A DNA stretch of 64,000 nt from Acidobacteriota bacterium. GTDB lineage: Bacteria > Acidobacteriota > Holophagae > Holophagales > Holophagaceae. Positions 36,196-46,079 of the stretch are shown piece after piece. Below the pieces are notes generated by a model. The model searched no databases and was not told where the DNA came from. It worked only from the letters and a program-made list of their open reading frames with translations. Every line of letters starts with the position of its first letter. Positions within the stretch are counted from its first letter, which is position 1. Position numbers and translations under genes: made by a program. The stretch is taken from the NCBI GenBank assembly GCA_016195985.1, contig JACPYP010000013.1, positions 12,116 to 76,115 on the forward strand, read 5' to 3'.

Positions 36196-37307
36196 ACCCA
36201 GCTCCCCAGCACGGCAGGCCTTGAGGCACCGGTGACTTCTGGCAGATTGCCGGGAATGCCCAGGGCGCTGGCGGCGCCCAGCAGGGCCCAGCTCACGGCC
36301 TCCCGGGCGCCGGAGGGGAAGGCGGCATCATCCTCCAGCCGCAGCGGGAGGCGCTGCGCCAATTCCTGGCGCAGCCTTTGGTGCCGGGCGCCGCCGCCGC
36401 TCACCACCCCACGCAGGTTCGGAGGACAGGGCTGGAGGCGGTCCATTTCCTGCGCCACGGAGGCGGCCGTGAACGCGGCTAGGGTGGCCAGGCGATCGGG
36501 CAGGGCCAGGGCTTCCAGCGCCTCGGCTTCCCCGGCCAGCCAGGCCTCGCCGAATGCTTCGCGGCCCGTGGATTTGGGCGGTAGAAGCTGGAAGTAGGGA
36601 TGGCGGAGCCAGCGATCGAGCAGGGCCCGGGCCACCTGGCCGGTGGCGGCGGCTCCTTCCGGATCGAAGGGCGAGCCCAGCCATCGCCGGGCCGCCAGAT
36701 CCAGCAGAGACATGGCCGGACCTGTGTCCCAGGCCCGGGTGCGCTGTCCATCCCAGAAGGTCAGATTAGCGATGCCGCCCAGGTTCAAGGCCAACCAGGG
36801 CGGCGCGCCATGGAGCCAGCGCTCCGGCAGAGGCACCAGGGGCGCCCCCTGGCCGCCCAGGGCCAGGTCGCGGCGTCGCAGATCCCAAACCACCGGGCAA
36901 CCCAGGCGTTCGGCCAGCACGTAGGGATCCGCCAGTTGGAGGCTGGCGCCCTCGGCGGGATGGTGCTGCACCGTCTGGCCATGGAGGCTGGCCAGATCCG
37001 GGCGGAGAGAGAGGCGCTCGCAAAGGTGGCCGGCGGCTTGGGCGTGGTGGTCGCCCAGCCTCCGCTGAAGGATGCAGAGATCGGCGGGAGGCAGCTGGTT
37101 GGAGGCCGCGGCCAGCACCGGATCCCGGAGGGAGATGGGGTAGGCCAGAGAATGGTGCCCCAAGAGGCCAAGGAAGGGGGATCCACCCCCAAAACCGGCG
37201 GGAGCCACTTCGATGAGGACTGCGTCCACGCCATCGGCGCTGGTGCCCGACATCAGGCCCAGCACGCGCCAGGGCCGGTCTCCCGGAAGCGGAAAGCGTG
37301 GCTGCAT
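36186..37307 (-). CDS. anmK: Anhydro-N-acetylmuramic acid kinase
   Basis: ATG at 37307. VLGLMSGTSADGVDAVLIE N-terminal motif. The upstream part of the long ORF was rejected. Confidence 0.85.
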   Translation of the reverse strand: MQPRFPLPGDRPWRVLGLMSGTSADGVDAVLIEVAPAGFGGGSPFLGLLGHHSLAYPISLRDPVLAAASNQLPPADLCILQRRLGDHHAQAAGHLCERLSLRPDLASLHGQTVQHHPAEGASLQLADPYVLAERLGCPVVWDLRRRDLALGGQGAPLVPLPERWLHGAPPWLALNLGGIANLTFWDGQRTRAWDTGPAMSLLDLAARRWLGSPFDPEGAAATGQVARALLDRWLRHPYFQLLPPKSTGREAFGEAWLAGEAEALEALALPDRLATLAAFTAASVAQEMDRLQPCPPNLRGVVSGGGARHQRLRQELAQRLPLRLEDDAAFPSGAREAVSWALLGAASALGIPGNLPEVTGASRPAVLGSWVWP

Positions 37308-37484
37308 GCTGCTGATGATGCCAGCAAGTGCCGTGGAACGCCGAGGCCGGGATGGGCGGCTGTTCGGAACATGCTCTTTCGGGATCCAGAAGGAAGTTCC
37401 TGCTACGCTTCCCCTCGCATGCACCGTAGCCCTTGCGTGGCACTTTCCACGCCGAGCGGCGCGGAACTTCCATAGGTTCCCCCC

Positions 37485-38069
37485 ATGACCATGCTTCTCA
37501 TCCTCCTCATCATCGGCGCCGGGCTTTACATGGTGCTCCGGGGCAAGCAGGACCGCCCCGAGCAGCTGGGCGCCTCCCGCCGGGCTCTGCCCACGGGGCC
37601 ATTGGAACCCCACACCTTTCCCTGTCCCTACCCCAAGTGCCCCACCTGCGGCGCCTCCGGCGACAAGATGAAACAGGACTGGGACGGCCAGCGCTCCGTG
37701 AAATGGACCTGCGGCTACTGCGGAGCCCTGGCCGGTGTGCAGTCTCTCAAAGATGAGGAGTTGCCTCCTTCAGCCCGGCGCCAGCTGGGTTTGGATGGCG
37801 GTTCGATGCAGGGATCGATGCCCATGCAGCAGGGTGGTTATGGCCAACCCGGCGGCGGCATGGGCGGTCTGCTGACAGGCATGATGATCGGCAGCATGAT
37901 GGGCGGCGGAAGCCACCATCACCATGATCATTCGGACAGCGATGGCTGGGGCGGGGGGTCGAGCGACAGCTCTTCCAGCGATTGGGGCGAATCTAATTCC
38001 GGCGACTGGGGTGATTCCGGCGGCGGCGGCGATTGGGGTGGCGGCGATTCGGGCGGGGGCGACTGGTAG
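37485..38069 (+). CDS. Small membrane protein: TM, Cys4 zinc ribbon, Gly/Met-rich, His-rich, then acidic DWG-repeat tail
   Basis: MTMLLILLIIGAGLYMVL; CPYPKCPTC...CGYC; GGSHHHHDHSDSDGWGGGSSDSSSSDWGESNSGDWGDSGGGGDWGGGDSGGGDW. Confidence 0.55.
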   Translation: MTMLLILLIIGAGLYMVLRGKQDRPEQLGASRRALPTGPLEPHTFPCPYPKCPTCGASGDKMKQDWDGQRSVKWTCGYCGALAGVQSLKDEELPPSARRQLGLDGGSMQGSMPMQQGGYGQPGGGMGGLLTGMMIGSMMGGGSHHHHDHSDSDGWGGGSSDSSSSDWGESNSGDWGDSGGGGDWGGGDSGGGDW

Positions 38070-38093
38070 ATCCCGCCTGTCCTGAACCGGGCC

Positions 38094-38378
38094 CTACAGA
38101 ACTTTCGGCACCACGAAGTAGCCGCGATCCTGGGCCGGGGCATTGGCCAGGGCCTGGGCCTGGGTGAAACTGTCCCTGGGAATATCCTCCCGGCGGGGTA
38201 GGGGACGGCCCAGGCCCGCCAGCATCGGTTCCACCTGGTCCAAAGAAAGCTCATCGAGGCTGGCCGCGTGGGTGAGCATGCGCTCCATGGCCAGGCGCAT
38301 GGGCTCGATCTCTTCCTCATGGAGGCTCAGCTGGGTGAGCGCGGCACAGCGCAAGACATCGGCTCGGGTCACTTCCAT
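38094..38378 (-). CDS. gatC: Asp/Glu-tRNA amidotransferase subunit C
   Basis: 94 aa with VLRCAALTQLSLHEEEI...LDELSLDQVEPM, the GatC pattern. Confidence 0.85.
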   Translation of the reverse strand: MEVTRADVLRCAALTQLSLHEEEIEPMRLAMERMLTHAASLDELSLDQVEPMLAGLGRPLPRREDIPRDSFTQAQALANAPAQDRGYFVVPKVL

Positions 38379-38379
38379 G

Positions 38380-39402
38380 TCAGGCTCCCAGTTTCAGATC
38401 GGCATCGGCGTTCTGGCTCCAAGGATCCGGCTCGGGCGTGAGCAGCGCTCCGGCGGCGGCGATCATGGCGCCATTGTCCGTGCAGAGTTTTGGCTCGGGG
38501 ATGGCCAGGGCCAGACCAATTCGTTTCGCCAGGGCCGCGGCTTCGGAACGCAGACGGGAATTGCAGGCCACGCCACCGCTGATCACCAGGCTGCGCGCGC
38601 CATGGATCTCCGCCAAGCCTGGCACCGGCTTTAAAAGCCAGGCGGCGATGGCCTCCTGCAAGCTGCGGCAGAGGCCTTGCACTGAGGGGTCCCCGGCGCC
38701 GGCCTCGGCCAGCCGTGGATCCCTCTCCACCCTCAACTTCACTCCTGTTTTCAGGCCGGAGAAGCTCCAGGAGGCCTTGCCGTCGCGGAACTTGGGTGGG
38801 GTGAAGGGGTCTGCGGCCTGCTTCGCAGCCCTGGCGCAGGCGTCCACCAGGGGACCGCCGGGATAGCCCAAGTTCAGCATGCGGGCGGTCTTGTCGAAGG
38901 CCTCGCCGGCCGCGTCGTCCCGGGTTTTCTGGAGCAGCTGGAGCGAAATCCAATCCTGGGCCAGGTAGAGGTGCGTGTGGCCGCCGGACACCAGCAGCAC
39001 CAAGGCTGGAAAGGCCAGGTCCGGCGAGGCGAAGCGCGCCGCGTTGAGGTGTCCCAGCAGGTGGTGGACGCCCACCCAATCGAGGCCCTCGCGCCAGGCC
39101 ACCGCCTTGCTGGCGCTGAAGGTGGCCAGCAGGCTGCCCACCAGGCCGGGGCCCCGGGTCACTGCGAGACGGTCCAGATCCTTCAGCCCCGCCCCTGCCT
39201 GGGCCAGGGCCCCGGCCATGACGGCACGCACCTGGAGCAGGTGTTCGCGGGCCGCCAATTCAGGCACCACGCCGCCGAAGGGCCCGTGGATGGCGTCCTG
39301 GCTTTCGCGGACCAGGGAGCGGAGCACGGGGCCAGCGACGGTCTCCTCCACCACCGCGGCGGAGCAGTCGTCGCAGGATGATTCCAGACCCAGGACCAGC
39401 AT
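38380..39402 (-). CDS. tsaD: tRNA N6-adenosine threonylcarbamoyltransferase
   Basis: ATG at 39402 gives MLVLGLESSCDDCSAAVV. HHLLGH metal motif and VSGGVACN. Confidence 0.92.
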   Translation of the reverse strand: MLVLGLESSCDDCSAAVVEETVAGPVLRSLVRESQDAIHGPFGGVVPELAAREHLLQVRAVMAGALAQAGAGLKDLDRLAVTRGPGLVGSLLATFSASKAVAWREGLDWVGVHHLLGHLNAARFASPDLAFPALVLLVSGGHTHLYLAQDWISLQLLQKTRDDAAGEAFDKTARMLNLGYPGGPLVDACARAAKQAADPFTPPKFRDGKASWSFSGLKTGVKLRVERDPRLAEAGAGDPSVQGLCRSLQEAIAAWLLKPVPGLAEIHGARSLVISGGVACNSRLRSEAAALAKRIGLALAIPEPKLCTDNGAMIAAAGALLTPEPDPWSQNADADLKLGA

Positions 39403-39436
39403 GGGGATAGTGTAACTTGGCAACCGGAGCCTTCCC

Positions 39437-40654
39437 ATGCGCAGTCCGTTGCTGATGTTGATGCCGGCCATCCTGATGGCCCAGCGGTCAGCCCTTCCCC
39501 CGCAGGAGGCGTTCAACCGCGAGTTGAAGCGGAATCGCCTGGGCACGTGGCTGGTGTTGGAGGATGAGGGCGCCGCCTGGGGGGCTGCCGTGCGCGCGGC
39601 CCTGGATGCTGACGGACTGGTTCAGCTGAACCTGCCGCTGAGGGTGAGTTCGGGAGGGAAGAAGCCGGATGGCCTGAGCGGGATCTTGCGCGACCGCTAC
39701 AACTGGCCCAAAGGACCGCACTGGGCCCTGGTGGACGGCAAGGGCAGGATCCTGGTGGAGGGTGCCTCGCTGCCCACGGCGCCCATCCTGGTTTCCGCCG
39801 CGGAGCAGGCAGGCGTGAAGTCGAGGGCGCAGGAGCTGGAGGCCTTTCTAAAGCAGAACCCCGATCATCTGGAAGCCCGGGTGGCCCTGCTGGGGGAATT
39901 GATCGCCGTGGCCAACCGGCGCACCAACCGGGCCCTGGCCGGCGCCCCTGCATCCAAGGACAAGCTTTCTGAAACCGCCGGGCAGCCGGAACCGGTCCGC
40001 ATGTTGGAGGCCGGCCCGGACGAGAGCATCTGGTCCGCCGCCGTCCAGCAGCTGGATCAGATCCTCCAGGGGCGATGGGAATCCATGGGCCTGGAGCTGG
40101 GAATCCGCCTGAGGAGCTCCGAGGCGGAACACTCCCCGGCCATGCTGGCCTTGCTGAACCGCTACCGCAGCGATCTGGAGGAAGCGGTGCGGCGGTGGCC
40201 CACCGGCCCTGAGCCCTGGATGCTTTGGCTGCAGGCCTCCCAGAAGAGCGGCGGCTGGCCCTTGATGCCCCTGCTCCAAACCCTGCAGCCCCTTCCCGGC
40301 ACCTCGCCCGGGGATTGGCCTCCGGCCATGGCTTTGAATGAGTTCGTGAAGGATGCCAGGGCGCGAAAGGATTGGCAGGCCATCCGCGAAGTCATGGAGG
40401 CCCGCTGGGAGGAGGTGCGGTCCGGGGAATACCGCTGGGGCGGCGGCGAGGTGATCTGGAGCCGCATGGTTTCCCCCCTGCTGGAGGCCCTCGTATCTAT
40501 GGGTGACGTGGGCGCCGCCGACCAGCTGATGAACGAGGTTGTGGGCCTGGAAACCTGGTCCGGCCTGCCCGCGCAGGCCAAGGATCTGGCCACACGGTTG
40601 AACCGCCCCGACCTGGCCGCCCGCTGGGGCGCCCTGTCCGTGAAGGGCCGATGA
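39437..40654 (+). CDS. Secreted hypothetical protein (405 aa)
   Basis: Signal-like N-terminus MRSPLLMLMPAILMAQ, helical repeat-like C-terminal half. Its stop overlaps the priA ATG (ATGA). Confidence 0.55.
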   Translation: MRSPLLMLMPAILMAQRSALPPQEAFNRELKRNRLGTWLVLEDEGAAWGAAVRAALDADGLVQLNLPLRVSSGGKKPDGLSGILRDRYNWPKGPHWALVDGKGRILVEGASLPTAPILVSAAEQAGVKSRAQELEAFLKQNPDHLEARVALLGELIAVANRRTNRALAGAPASKDKLSETAGQPEPVRMLEAGPDESIWSAAVQQLDQILQGRWESMGLELGIRLRSSEAEHSPAMLALLNRYRSDLEEAVRRWPTGPEPWMLWLQASQKSGGWPLMPLLQTLQPLPGTSPGDWPPAMALNEFVKDARARKDWQAIREVMEARWEEVRSGEYRWGGGEVIWSRMVSPLLEALVSMGDVGAADQLMNEVVGLETWSGLPAQAKDLATRLNRPDLAARWGALSVKGR

Positions 40655-42921
40655 GCCTCGTACCCACCCGCATCCAGCTCAACCGGCCCCTCCCACCGCT
40701 GACCTACCTGGCCCCAGAGGGGCTTCCAGAAGGGGTGCGGGTGCGGGTGAAGGTGCGCAACAGCGTGGCCGTGGGCTTGGCCATGGGCATGGATCCCGCG
40801 CCTCCCTCGGCGAAGCTCCGTCCCATCGAGGCCGTCCTGGATCCCTTCCCGCTCCTGCCTTCAAAGCTCAGGGAACTGCAGGCCTTCGCCGCCCGCTACT
40901 ACGGCTGCCTGGAAGCCCATCTGCTGCCCCTGAGCCTGCCCCAGGCCCTGCTGCCCCACTGGGAGGCGGACGAGGACGGACAGCGGTTGTCCTTCCACCG
41001 CGACCGCGGCGCCTGGGGCGTGCTGGTGGACCTTGGCGAGGCCTGGCACCGGGACCCTTCCATTCTGCCCACGCTGCTGCACCGGTCCGCCCTGCGCGGC
41101 TCGGGCTTCACTGAAGTGCGCCTCACGGGTGCGCCGCATCCCCCCCGGGTGACGCCCGCCCAGGCCAAGATCCTCCTGGCGCTGGAGGAGGCCGGGGGCG
41201 CCCTGATGGAGCCCGAGCTGTTGGAATCCGCCGGCGTGGGCGCTTCCGTGCTGGGAACCCTGGAGAAGCGGGGCCTCGTCGCGCGCATGAAGCGGGTGGA
41301 CCTGCTGGCCCAGCGGCGGGAGGCGGGCGCCGACCGCACCGTGGTGCTCAGCGGAGAGCAGTCGGCGGCCTTGGAGGCAGTGACGCTTGGCGCCTTCGGG
41401 GTGCACCTGCTTCAGGGTGTCACGGGTTCCGGCAAGACCGAGGTCTACCTCGCGCTGGCCGAACGCGCGTTGGCCATCGGGCGCCGCGTGCTCTGGCTGG
41501 TGCCCGAGATCGGTCTCACGGCCCGGCTGCTGGACCGCCTCGAGGCGCGTTTTCCTGGCCGCGTGGCGGTGGGGCACGCGGGGCTCAATGCCGGAGAGAA
41601 GCACGGCGACGTAGTGCGCCTGCTCTTCAACGGCGCGGATCTTTTTGTGGGCGTCCGCAACGCCGTCATGGCTCCCCTGCGCGACATCGGGCTCATTGTC
41701 GTGGACGAAGAGCACGAAGGATCCTACAAATCCGAGGAGCACCCCCGCATCCATGCCCGTGACCTGGCCATCAAGCGGGCCCAGCTGGAGGAATGCCCCA
41801 TCGTGCTGGGCAGCGCCACACCCAGCCTGGAAAGCTGGCAGGCGGCGAAGGCGGGGCGTTACCGGTTGATCCAGCTGAGGCAGCGGCCCGTGGGCGTCAC
41901 CCTTCCGAAAGTCGAAACCGTCGATCTTCGCGATACCTACCGGCAGTTGCGGCGCAAGGTGATCCTCTCGCCCACCCTTCAGCAGGCCCTCACGGACACC
42001 CTGGCCAAGGGAGAGCAGGCCCTGCTTCTGCTGAACCGCCGTGGCTACGAGAATTTCTGGATGTGCCGGGCCTGCGGGAAGACGCTGGGATGCCCGCACT
42101 GCGCCATCTCACTCACTTACCACCGGGGTGATTACCGTCTGCGTTGCCACCTCTGCGGCCATGAAACCGTGCCGCCCGAGGCCTGCCCGGATTGCGGCGC
42201 CGACCACCTGCGTGGCGTCGGCGAGGGCACCGAACAGGTGGAGGAGCACCTGGTCCAGCTGTTCCCCGGGGCGCGCATCCTTCGCCTGGACCGGGACACC
42301 ACCCGGCGCCGCGGCTCCCTGGAAGCGGGACTGCTGGCTGCCGAGGCCGGGCAGGTGGACATCCTGGTGGGCACGCAGATGCTGGCCAAGGGGCATACCT
42401 TTCCAGGCCTCACCCTCGTGGGGGTGCTCAACGCCGACCAGGGGCTCAAGGTGGCGGATTTCAGGGCCTCCGAACGCACCTTCCAGTTGCTCATCCAGGT
42501 GGCCGGCCGGGCCGGCCGGGCCGAGCGGGCCGGCCGTGTGATCCTCCAAACCTATTCGCCGGACCACCCCGCCATCAGCTTCGCCCTGGCCCAGGATTTC
42601 GAGGGCTTCGCCGCTTCTGAGCTCCCTTTCCGCGAGGGATTGGGCTATCCCCCCTTCACGGCCTTGTCCCTCTACCGGGCCGAAGCGGATTCCCTCGCCG
42701 AAGCCCGCCAAGCCCTGGAAGGTTTCCGGCAGCGGCTGTCCGTGCCAGGCCTCCGCGTGCTGGGCCCCCTCGAAGCCCCCGTACCAAGAATCCGCGACCG
42801 CTGGCGCATGCATCTCCTGCTGAAAGGAACCCGCGGCGCCCTGGGCGAAGTCCTGGCCCGGCAACCCCTGAACCCGGCAGGGGCGATCAGCTTGGATCGG
42901 GACCCGCTGCAGTTTGGGTGA
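40651..42921 (+). CDS. priA: Primosomal protein N' (replication restart helicase)
   Basis: Walker A GVTGSGKTEVYL, DEEH box, Cys-rich zinc region (CRACG...CPHC...CHLCG...CPDCG). Confidence 0.93.
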   Translation: MSLVPTRIQLNRPLPPLTYLAPEGLPEGVRVRVKVRNSVAVGLAMGMDPAPPSAKLRPIEAVLDPFPLLPSKLRELQAFAARYYGCLEAHLLPLSLPQALLPHWEADEDGQRLSFHRDRGAWGVLVDLGEAWHRDPSILPTLLHRSALRGSGFTEVRLTGAPHPPRVTPAQAKILLALEEAGGALMEPELLESAGVGASVLGTLEKRGLVARMKRVDLLAQRREAGADRTVVLSGEQSAALEAVTLGAFGVHLLQGVTGSGKTEVYLALAERALAIGRRVLWLVPEIGLTARLLDRLEARFPGRVAVGHAGLNAGEKHGDVVRLLFNGADLFVGVRNAVMAPLRDIGLIVVDEEHEGSYKSEEHPRIHARDLAIKRAQLEECPIVLGSATPSLESWQAAKAGRYRLIQLRQRPVGVTLPKVETVDLRDTYRQLRRKVILSPTLQQALTDTLAKGEQALLLLNRRGYENFWMCRACGKTLGCPHCAISLTYHRGDYRLRCHLCGHETVPPEACPDCGADHLRGVGEGTEQVEEHLVQLFPGARILRLDRDTTRRRGSLEAGLLAAEAGQVDILVGTQMLAKGHTFPGLTLVGVLNADQGLKVADFRASERTFQLLIQVAGRAGRAERAGRVILQTYSPDHPAISFALAQDFEGFAASELPFREGLGYPPFTALSLYRAEADSLAEARQALEGFRQRLSVPGLRVLGPLEAPVPRIRDRWRMHLLLKGTRGALGEVLARQPLNPAGAISLDRDPLQFG

Positions 42922-43067
42922 TGTATAAAAAAAATACACACGTATTGAATCTTCCGGCGCAGATCGATGGCGCCATTTATAAATATTTTGGTTGTAACAA
43001 TTAAAACAAATGGCTGTTTTGGAGGGGGGCGCCGATTCTTTTCAGGTCAACTGTGAGGTGGAAGCTG

Positions 43068-43736
43068 ATGAGCCGAGTCAACAGGGGTTTCTCTATCTTG
43101 GAACTGCTGGTTGTCGTCGTGATTGTGGGCATCGTCGTCGCGGTCACGGGTAATTGGTATTCCGTTTCCCAGCCAGCGGCTGTGAAGGGCACGGTGAATG
43201 CCCTGGTGGGCTTCCTTTCCGAAGCCCGTTCCGTCGCTCGAACCACCGGACGCACGGTCACACTGACGACGAGCGGGGCCCAGGCCAACCTGATGGTCAC
43301 CTTCCCAACCCAGGGAAATGTCACTCCCGTCCCGGCCGGACAAGAATTAACCACCTGGCGGAGGGATGCGGCTGGGACGGAAGTGGCCAGGTATTCCGGG
43401 ATAGATTCGTCTGGAGCCTGGCCGATTTATACTCAGGCTGCTCCAGTCCCCAATCCGTTGACAGGTGGTGTTGCATCTGTTTCCGCTTTGTTTACCAATG
43501 GGGTGCAGCCCACCGCCACCGCGAAGCTTTTCAAAGGAGTAGCGGATACCAGTTTCTCCTTTGATTCGACGGGCCGGATCAACCGCGACCTTTGGATTTA
43601 TGTCGGAGGCATGCGAAATGGCGCCTCCTATCCGAGTGCTCCTGTTGGGTTGGTGCTCGTGACTCGTTCCAATGGCATTCACAGCTTTTACAAACCCAAT
43701 GCGGGTGACCCCGCTGCGCCCTGGCAGCGCCTGTAG
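43068..43736 (+). CDS. Type IV minor pilin / pseudopilin, FimT/GspH-like
   Basis: Prepilin N-terminus NRGFSILELLVVVVIVGIVVAV (G/F cleavage-methylation motif with Glu+5). Confidence 0.75.
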   Translation: MSRVNRGFSILELLVVVVIVGIVVAVTGNWYSVSQPAAVKGTVNALVGFLSEARSVARTTGRTVTLTTSGAQANLMVTFPTQGNVTPVPAGQELTTWRRDAAGTEVARYSGIDSSGAWPIYTQAAPVPNPLTGGVASVSALFTNGVQPTATAKLFKGVADTSFSFDSTGRINRDLWIYVGGMRNGASYPSAPVGLVLVTRSNGIHSFYKPNAGDPAAPWQRL

Positions 43737-43747
43737 GAGTCCACGCC

Positions 43748-44281
43748 ATGCATCGTCGAGCCACACATCAAACCGGGTTTTCGCTAATTGAACTGCTGGT
43801 GACCGCCCTTATCTTCGGAATCGGCCTGCTCGGATTGGCTGCGCTTCAGGTTTCGACCATGCGCAGCAATTCCGGAGGGAGGAACCGAGTGACTGCCTCC
43901 GCCCTGGCAGAGGGGTGCCTCAGTGCCATTCAAGCCGAAGGGAGTCTGACTTGGTCTTATTCGGCTGGGGTCATGGGATCAAGTACTGTCTTCGTTGGAA
44001 CTCGCACCTTCACCCAGAGCGGCACGGCAAACGGGACATACGGGATATTTGATATCAACGGACAGCCTCTCCCCCCGGGCGACCCGAACCAAGTGTTTTC
44101 GGTGGGCTGGGTCCGGAGGCCCACCACGGCCGCCACACCTTCTGCTCCGATTACGAATATGAACATGAATGAGTTCGTCGTGACTGTCACCTGGAAGGAC
44201 CAGGAGAAGGCTGCAGATGGTGTTACAAATCTGGCCTCATCCACTCTGAGTGTCAGTCGACTCATTCGGTACGGGGTCTAG
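43748..44281 (+). CDS. pilV: Type IV minor pilin PilV-like
   Basis: QTGFSLIELLVTALIFGIGLLGLAALQ is the PilV-type N-terminus. Confidence 0.7.
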   Translation: MHRRATHQTGFSLIELLVTALIFGIGLLGLAALQVSTMRSNSGGRNRVTASALAEGCLSAIQAEGSLTWSYSAGVMGSSTVFVGTRTFTQSGTANGTYGIFDINGQPLPPGDPNQVFSVGWVRRPTTAATPSAPITNMNMNEFVVTVTWKDQEKAADGVTNLASSTLSVSRLIRYGV

Positions 44282-44283
44282 CC

Positions 44284-45435
44284 ATGATGCTCCAATCCTT
44301 CCGGCGGGTTCGCCCCCTTCAACACGGATTCTCGCTGATCGAGATGCTGGTGGCAGTCATGTTCATCGGCATTCTTTCTGCGGGCATGATGCGCATATAT
44401 TCTGCGAACCTGTCAGGCTTCCAACGCGTCAACGATACAATCGCCAGCCAGCGGCGCGGCCGTTGGGCGCTCTCGTCCCTTCAAGATGATGTGGCGTCCG
44501 TGGGCTTTTTCGCATTTGTTCCCTTCAACCAACCCGCTGGTTATTCCGTGGTTTCGGGGAGTCAGGAACCTTTCATGATTCTCCCGTCGCCGACTGCGGT
44601 TTCGGTGACAGGTCCCGATCCCACCAATCCCACGGTAATGCTCACAGCGAACTTAAGTCCTAATCCCGACGAGCTGCAGTTCGTGGGGGACATTCCATTG
44701 CCTATTCAGGCGACGGTCCTATCGACCTCGGGGACCGCCCTTGGTCTTAACGTAAGCAGTGGCAATATGGCAGATATCGAAGCAGGGGACATTGTGGCGA
44801 TCCTGGACCCCACCTTCGAGCAGGTCAAGGTTGCGACCAAGCCTTCCAGCACCACCCTTAGCATTTCCGCCACAGGGGCGAGCGAACAGGCTAGTCGACA
44901 GGTGGCGGGTTATGCCCTGTCACCCACACTCTCTGCTCACGCAGTGGGCGTTCCTGTGGTCGTTTTCCGCCCCAACGTGGTGACCCGCTACTCCATCCAA
45001 GCACGTGCTTGGGACCCATCGAATGCAGGCACCATCCCGTGTCTGGTTCGCCAGCAGACGCCGTACCCGGATGGAGGTGCCTTGATCGATTGGACGGGCG
45101 TTCAGGCGGATGTGATCGCAGAGAACATCGATGGTTTCCGGGTGGACATCAGCTTCGACGGTGGAACCACTTGGTTGCGGCAGGCCGCTGGAAGTTGGGA
45201 CGCCATCGTCTCAAGCATGCAAGGGCTCAGCCCCGGCGGGGTCGTTTTGAATCCAAGGGATGCCTCGAATCCGCTCTGGTACCGCAATTTCCCCTGCTTG
45301 ATTCGTATGGACATAACAGCGCGCTCTGCAGCCCCCAAGGCCGCCAATTCGGATATTACCGGCCAGGCGGCCTATGTGCGTAGAACGCAGACGCTGATGG
45401 TGACCCCTCGCAATTTCGGTTTGCCCCTCTTCTGA
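44284..45435 (+). CDS. pilW: Type IV minor pilin PilW-like
   Basis: QHGFSLIEMLVAVMFIGILSAGM prepilin motif. Size and position after the pilV-like gene fit. Confidence 0.65.
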   Translation: MMLQSFRRVRPLQHGFSLIEMLVAVMFIGILSAGMMRIYSANLSGFQRVNDTIASQRRGRWALSSLQDDVASVGFFAFVPFNQPAGYSVVSGSQEPFMILPSPTAVSVTGPDPTNPTVMLTANLSPNPDELQFVGDIPLPIQATVLSTSGTALGLNVSSGNMADIEAGDIVAILDPTFEQVKVATKPSSTTLSISATGASEQASRQVAGYALSPTLSAHAVGVPVVVFRPNVVTRYSIQARAWDPSNAGTIPCLVRQQTPYPDGGALIDWTGVQADVIAENIDGFRVDISFDGGTTWLRQAAGSWDAIVSSMQGLSPGGVVLNPRDASNPLWYRNFPCLIRMDITARSAAPKAANSDITGQAAYVRRTQTLMVTPRNFGLPLF

Positions 45436-45445
45436 GGAGATCCTT

Positions 45446-46051
45446 GTGACTAAACGTCGTAATTCCACTCGTATTCGGCAGCAGGGCGGTCTGACTATTA
45501 TCCTCGCTCTGGTGCTTGTGGGGGTTATGGGAGCCGCCACCTTCAGCTTAAGTCGCAACGCGATTCGGGAGTTGTCGACTGCTGGCGCCATCATTCAGGG
45601 CGGTAAAGCTGCTGCTGCGGCCGACGCAGGGCTGGATTGGGTGATCATTTGGGGTCAGGGGGGTGTGAAGTTTTCTGATTTCACTGCTGCGGCTCCCCAC
45701 GCCGAACAATCAGCCTTGATAAGCAAAATGAAGGATAGCATCTCGCCCACTTTGGCTTATCCGATCTTTACTCTTTCAGGCAATGGAGTTGACGCCATGT
45801 CCATGAACGTTGGCTCTGCTACCACGAACCAGAATTTTGATATCGAGTTCCGATTCTTAGGCAATCTGCCCTCTGGCCGCCAGAGCGGAGGCAGTTCCGA
45901 TAACGCTGGTGCCTCGGGTGGAACGAAAGGCGGTGCGGGAGGGGTCGGCGACTATGTCTGGCGTATCCTCGCGACGGGACGTGCCACACCCCAGAACGGC
46001 CAAACCTACCAGGCCCAACGCGAACTCATCAGCACTCTGCCTCCCTTCTAA
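45446..46051 (+). CDS. pilX: PilX-like minor pilin
   Basis: GTG start after GAGGAGA. QQGGLTIILALVLVGVMGAATFSL is a PilX N-terminal-type segment. Confidence 0.6.
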   Translation: MTKRRNSTRIRQQGGLTIILALVLVGVMGAATFSLSRNAIRELSTAGAIIQGGKAAAAADAGLDWVIIWGQGGVKFSDFTAAAPHAEQSALISKMKDSISPTLAYPIFTLSGNGVDAMSMNVGSATTNQNFDIEFRFLGNLPSGRQSGGSSDNAGASGGTKGGAGGVGDYVWRILATGRATPQNGQTYQAQRELISTLPPF

Positions 46052-46079
46052 TGAACCCGATCCATCACCGGGAGAACCC

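Noticed and set aside
43001-43020. Possible sigma-54 promoter (TGGCTGTTTTGGAGG) upstream of the minor-pilin operon.
   Set aside because: The -12 element reads TTGG rather than TTGC, and the GG/GC spacing does not fit the TGGCAC-N5-TTGC consensus. No enhancer-binding protein is nearby.
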